Assembly: GCA_038087875.1 (NCBI GenBank)
Contig: JAXLNO010000110.1
Span: forward strand, 620,001-684,000
DNA length: 64,000 bases
Direction of reading: 5' to 3'
From: Malacoraja senta
Taxonomy: Eukaryota
Within the stretch, counting starts at the first letter, position 1, and the number at the start of each line of letters is the position of its first letter. The notes beneath the pieces are model-generated. The model was not told the origin of the DNA, made no database searches, and saw only the letters and a list, made by a program, of their open reading frames with translations. Position numbers and translations under genes: made by a program. Positions 58,506-64,000 of the stretch are shown piece by piece.

Positions 58506-61500
58506 TACCCCGAGTGCAGCATCTCCAGAGAACATGGATAGGTGATGTTTTGGGTTGGGACCCTTGAAGAAATCATAAATTTACGGCTTTTAAATCTTTG
58601 TTGTGTCATATCCAGTTTAATGACGTTCTTTCTAAAGCAGGTCAACGAGAGTTGTACACAACGAGAACGGTACTCCAAATGTGGCCTTGTCAGTATCTTG
58701 TACAGCTGTAACACGATGTCCCAACTCCTCTACACAATACCCTGACCCATGAAGGCAAGCATGCCAGGCGCCTTCTTCACCACCCTGTCTACTCATGGAA
58801 TGGTATTCCTGCAGCCCTAGGTCTCTCTGTTTCATGGCCTTCTCCATTCACATCCAAACAGTTAATAATAAGCAGCAGTGGGGCCAGCAACGACCACTTG
58901 CTACAGGCCAAAGATAAACACAATGTACTAGAATAACAGTGCGTCGGGCAGCATCTATGGAGAAAAAGGATGGGTGATGTTTCGGGTCAGGATTCTTCTT
59001 CAGACTCGGAATGAAGAAGGGTCCTGCCCTGAAAAGTCACCCATCCTTTTTCCCCAGAGATGCTGCTTGACCTGCTGAGTTACTCCAGCACTTTGTGTCG
59101 ATCTTCAGTATATGCTAGCATCTGCAGTTCCTTTTTCTGAAAAACAAACCTGTTTTAGAACTAATAGAACGATGGTCATTGCTTCCAATGTGCACCCCAC
59201 GGACACTTGCCCTGTGTCCTGCCTTGTTGCTCTTTCCCAAAACGTCTCCCTTGTTCCTGAAACTTTTTGAATCTTCAGGTCCTCCGCTATCTTTAACAAC
59301 TTATTGTCTTTTTTGTTTGAATACTTTCCTTGATCCATGTGAGCTATGAATAGTTCATCTTTCTTGTTTAATTTAGTTTAGAGATACAACGCAGAAACGG
59401 GCCCTTCGGCCCACCGGGTCCCCACATATTAACATTATCCTGCACACACTAGGGGCATTTTTTTTAAAATGTAGCCAATTTATCTACATACCTGTACATC
59501 TTTTGAGTGTGGGAGGAAACGGAAGGTCTCAGAGAAAATCCACGTGGTCATGGGGAGAACGTACAGAATCCGTACAGACAGCACCCGTAGTCGGGATCGA
59601 ACCCGGGTCTCCGGCGCTGTAAGCACTGTAAGCCAGCCAACTCTACCGCTGTGCCACCGTGCCGCCCTGTTGGAAAGTGTTGGAATCAATTTCTGCAGAG
59701 CATTATTAAATACACTTTCAATAGATGTCACCGCTCACCTGACCTTTCCTTCAGCCTATTTTCCCAGTCCCTGGTGAATAACCACCCACATACCTTTAAT
59801 TATCCTTGTTTAAGTTAAAAGCGCTGGGATTTGGATGCGAGGGAATTCTACCACATTGCGTGCACTACTCCCGGGAGGATCCTTAACTGCACGATCTCTT
59901 TTAATCTCGCCTCATTGCCTCGGCAAGGCCACCAGCATAATCAAGGCCCAGTCTCGACCCGGCCACTCCCTCTTCTCCCCTCTCCCATCAGTCAAGAGGT
60001 ATAGAAGTGTGAAAACGCACACCTCCAGATTCAGGGACAGTTTCTTCCCAGCTGTTATCAGACATTTAAACCGTCCTCTTACCAACTGGAGAGTGGTCCT
60101 GTCTTCCCATCTACCTCATTGGAGACCCTCGGACTATCTTTTACCGGACTTTACTGCACTTTGTCTACTGCACTAAATGTTATTCACGTTATTCCCTTTA
60201 TCATGTATCTGCACACTGAATAGTTCGATTGTAATCATGTATTGTCATGTAATCATATATCTGCTCCTATAACTTATGAACATGAACTGTTGCTGATTTG
60301 ATACTGATTTGACAGACACTTCACAAAACTAAAATAATGTACATCATACAGAATAAAATGGTTACCTTTGAGGCTTAGTCAGTTTATTAGGATATAATAA
60401 GTATCTGTCCTGGCTGTGTTAGATAGGTCACTTAGCTTTGTATCCCATCCTCTTCCTGCCTTTATCATGTTAGAGGTTTACTGGATGCCTGGATTAGAGG
60501 GCGATATCTACAAGGAGAGATTGAGTTGTTTCATTAGGAACTGCAGATGCTGGTTTAAACCGAAGATAGACTCAAAATGCTGGAGTAACTCAGCGGGACA
60601 GGCAGCATCTCTGGAGAGAAGGAATGGGTGACGTTTCGGGTCAGACCCTTGAGTCTGAAGAAGGGTCTCGACCCGAAACATCACCCATTCCTTCTCTCCA
60701 GAGATGCTGCCTGTCCTGCTGAGTCACTCCAGCAGTTTGTGTCTATCTTGAGTTGTTTCGATTGGATTGTTTTCTCTGGAGCGTTTGAGGCTATGGGCAG
60801 AACTGCCAAAAATATATAAAATTATCACGGACAACAATAGGGTAGACGGTCAGAACCTTTCCTGCCAGGTGGAAATATCGAAGAATAGCAAATTTAGTTC
60901 CGTTTATTATCACGTGTATCGAGGTGCAGTGAAAAGCTTTTGTTGCTGTGTGCTTACCAGTTAGCGGAAAGACAATACATGATTACAATCGAGCCATTTA
61001 CAGTGTGTAGACATGATGAGGGAAAAACGTTTAGTGCAAGGTAAAGGTAGATGGGAGGTCAGGACTGCTCTCTCGTTGGTAGGATGGTTCAGTTGCCTGA
61101 TAACAGCTGGCGAGAAACCGTCCCATTCACAGTGTACAGATAGAGGATAAAGGGAATGACGTTTAGTGCGAGGTTAAGCCAGTAAAGTCCGGTCAAACGT
61201 AGTCTGAGGGTCACCAATAAGGTAGATAGTAGTTCAGGACTGTTCTCTAGCTTTAAGGTGAGAGGAGCAAAGTTGAACGGCGATGAGAATTGCAAGTTTT
61301 TAAAAACAGAGGGTGGTGGGTGCCTGGAACATGCTGCCAGGGGTGGTGGTGGAGGCAGATATGATTGTGGCGTTTCAGAGGCTTTTAGATAGGTGAATGG
61401 ATATTGAGAAATGGAGCGATATAGATCGCGTGCAGGCAGATGAGATTGGCTCAATTTGGCATCATGTTCAGTACGAGAATTGTGGACTCAAGGTTTCAAG

Positions 61501-64000
61501 GTCAGTTTATTGTCACATGTACCAATACAGTGATAATTGAGTTGCCATTCAGCCATACTAAGTGAACAGCATCAAGACACACAACCAAGTTAACATAAAC
61601 ATCCATCACAATGGTCTCCACATTCCTCACTATGATGGACAGCAATAAAGTTAAGTCTTCTTCCTCTTTGTTCTCCCGCGGTCGGGGTGGTCAAACCATC
61701 CGCAGTCGGGGCCTCTACTGTATTTAAGTCCCATTTAGGACTGAGGTGAGGGGCCTGTCCCGCTGAGTTACTCCAGCTTTTTGTGTCTACCTCTTCTGAT
61801 AGTTCGTTCCATGCACCTACCACTCTTTGTGTAAAAAACGTTATCCTTCAGGTTCATTTTAAATCTTTTCCCCTTCACGTTAAACCTATGCCCTCTGGTT
61901 CTCGATTCCCCCACTCTGGGCAAGGCTCTTGTGCGTCTACCCGATCTATTCCTATCATGATGTTTTGCACCTCTATAAGATCAGCCCTCATCCTCCTGCA
62001 CTCCAAGGAATAAAATCCCAGCCTACTCAACCTCTCCCTTTTGCACAAGCCCTTGAGTCCTGGCAACATTCTGATAAATCTTCTCTGCACCCTTTCAAGC
62101 TTATCAGTATCTTTATTATAACATGGTGACCAAAACTGAACACGATACTCTAAATGTGGCCTCACCACGTCATATATAACTATGACAAGACCTCCCAACT
62201 TTCATAACTCGGAGAGTATGGAAAGCTACAATAATAATGAATGACAGAGCATGGTTGGGGGAACACCGTGTCTTCTGTTTTCTTACGTTCTTCTTGTGGA
62301 ACAATGTAGGAGAAGTTTTACTTTGCTTCTAACCAGTGCTGCACTTATCGTAGAGTCATGGAACATGGAAACAGGGAATGTTTGAAGGGGCAGTGCAGAA
62401 AGAATTCCGGCCGCTGTCATATAACGTTAAAAAGGTCAGAGGATGTTGCCGGGACTCGAGGGCCTGAGCGTTAGAGAGAGGTTCAGCAGGCTAGGATTCT
62501 ATTCCTTGGAGTACAGGAGGATGAGGGGTGATCGTATAGAAGTGTACAACATCATGAGAGGAATAGATTTGGTGGACGCACAGTCTCTTGCCCAGAGTAG
62601 GGGAATCGAGAACTAGGGGACATGGGTTTAAGGTGAAGGGGTACAGATTTAATAGGAACCCAAGGGCTAACTTTTTCACGCAAAGGGTTGTAGGTGTATG
62701 GAACGAGCTGCCGAAGGAGGTAGTTGAGGGACTATCGCAACGTTTAAGAAACATTTAGACAGGTACATGGATAGGACAAGTTTAGAATGATATGGGCCAA
62801 ATGCAGGCAGGTGGGTTAATGTAGATGGGGCATGTTGGCCAGTGTGGGCAAGTTAGGCCATAGGGCCTGTTTCCACGCTGTATCACTCTGTGACTCTTAA
62901 ATTGGTATGTGGGCTGTACAGTGGCGCAGCGGCAGAGTTGCTGTCTTACAGCGCCAGAGACCCAGATGCCAATCCTGACTCCGGGTGTTCACAAGTTCAC
63001 AAGTTACAGGAGTAGAATTAGGCCATTCGACCCATCGTATCTACTCCGCCATTCCATCATGGCTGATCTCTGCCCCCTAATCCTATTTTCCTGCCTTCTC
63101 CTGATAACCCTTGAAACCCATTCTAATCAAGAATTTGTCAATCTCAGCCTTAAAGATATCCACTGACTTGGCCTCCACAGCCCTCTGTGGCAATGAAGTC
63201 CACAGATTAACTGCCCTCCGACTTAAGAAGTTCCTCCTCACCATTCTAAAAGAGTGGCCTTTTATTCTGAGGCTGTAACCTCTGGTCCTAGACTCTCCCA
63301 TCAGTGGAAACATCCTCTCCACATCCACTCTATCTATGCCTTTCATTATTCTGTATGAGGTCCGCCCTCATCCTTCTAAACTCCAGCGAGTACAGGCCCA
63401 GTTCTGTCAAACGCTCATCATATGCTAAGCCACTCATTCCTAACCCACTGTTGTTTGTATGTTCTCCCTGAGACAGTGTGGGTTTTCTCTGGGTGCTTCA
63501 GTTTCCTCCCAGGTTTGTAGGTTATTTGGCTTTGGCAAGTTGCAAAATAGTCCCTAGTGTAGGGGGTGATCGCTGGTTGGCGTGGGCTGAAGGGCCTGTT
63601 ACCACGCTGTATCTCAGAACTAAACTAGTGTGGGAACCGGTGATCACTGGTCGGCGTGGACTCGATGGGCTTAAGGGCCTGTTTCCGCGCTGTGTGTAGG
63701 ATGGTGCTAGTGTATGGGAATCGCTAGTCGGCACGGACTCTGCACTGTATCTCTCAACTCTAAACGGGGAGTGGTGCAATTTGCCATGTGGGACTGGAAG
63801 CTTTTCCAGCCAAGGTTTTCTTTCTATTCATATTCCCCCTCTCATGACACGTGGATTTGTGCGTTGCTTCATAACGCTTCACATGCAAGCCAGGGACGGT
63901 AGAGACGGGGTGAATTGTGTTATTGCTCGTTGGGCGTGGGCTTGGTGGGGTGTCCGTGGTCCTCTCGTTGCTGACTCACGTGCCCTCCTGTTCTTTTGCC

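Overview
This is eukaryotic, repeat-dense vertebrate DNA. The repeat families (V-SINE/HE1-like, CR1/HER1-like, Deu-SINE, Penelope-like) point to a cartilaginous fish, probably a skate or ray; this is inference. Two host genes sit head-to-head around a CpG island at about 13.4-15.3 kb. On the - strand is a single-exon TMEM60-like CDS that appears frameshifted. On the + strand is UBQLN4: exon 1 is cut by a 200-N assembly gap and exon 2 is at 42840-42991. The rest is flanking or intronic DNA filled with nested mobile elements. These include a structurally complete but decayed DIRS1 tyrosine-recombinase retrotransposon with a methyltransferase-like domain, an IR/DR Tc1 transposon, two copies of a hAT-like element with 5-bp TSDs, and an Academ-like element. 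There are also two Helitron-like elements (one carrying a Gypsy RT-RNase H fragment), CR1, Rex1/Babar and Penelope fragments, and many SINEs. The most notable signal is an abundant family of short Penelope-associated insertions that often fold back on themselves. They carry a minimal hammerhead-ribozyme core (CUGANGA-stem II-GAAAC-GUH) and 12-14 bp TSDs. All coordinates were read by eye and element boundaries are approximate. Most entries in the ORF track are spurious repeat-derived frames.
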